A DNA stretch of 64,000 bases, taken from NCBI RefSeq assembly GCF_009914755.1, contig NC_060931.1. One strand, given 5' to 3'. Positions 63,721-64,000 of this stretch are shown one piece after another. Made by a program: the position numbers and the translations under genes. Every line of letters starts with the position of its first letter. Position 1 is the first letter of the stretch. The DNA is from the human T2T-CHM13v2.0 reference genome, Homo sapiens. Under the pieces are notes generated by a model. It worked only from the letters and a program-made list of their open reading frames with translations, had not been told where the DNA came from and ran no database searches.

Positions 63721-64000
63721 CTAAATAAAGACACCTCACCTTTTTTTTCTCTCCTACTAAAGATTTTCCAAACTACATTCCATGAGAACATCATCCTCAA
63801 GCTGTTCATGACAAAAGATTCTGTGGTTAACTAAGTTTAGGAAATTAGGTAAGCAAAATTAAACAGGTTTCTTATGGAACGTCTCAAAATTTTTGATATA
63901 ATCATTTGAATTATGAAGGAACATTTTTGCTTTTTGGTTCATATTACAGATAGTCCTGTATAAGTTACATAAAAGTATAAAACTTCTCCCTCAGGAACAT

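Overview
This is not a microbial window. It is primate (human-like) nuclear DNA, mostly made of transposable-element fossils. No rRNA, tRNA, CRISPR array or operon is present, and most ORF-track calls are repeat-derived or chance. Main contents: (1) a two-LTR MER4-group (LTR29/LTR49-like) provirus at ~1731-20222 with a tRNA-Ser(CGA)-type PBS, expanded by eight later insertions, including a full-length L1PA5 with an open antisense ORF0, an internally deleted L1PA16, LTR12F and Tigger2a; (2) a heavily decayed Charlie/Buster-type hAT transposase at ~20.9-22.3 kb, recognisable only by translating through stops; (3) a four-layer nest L1MB > Tigger1 > L1PB1 > Alu at 35-42.8 kb; (4) a 667-bp retrotransposed fragment with a 20-bp TSD at 60.1-60.8 kb, carrying intron-like sequence, a splice acceptor and a terminal exon resembling MCCD1; (5) a candidate protein-coding last exon on the minus strand at 63359-63720 whose gene I cannot name. 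Repeat subfamily names come from my recall of consensus sequences, not from a database run. Boundaries without a TSD are approximate.
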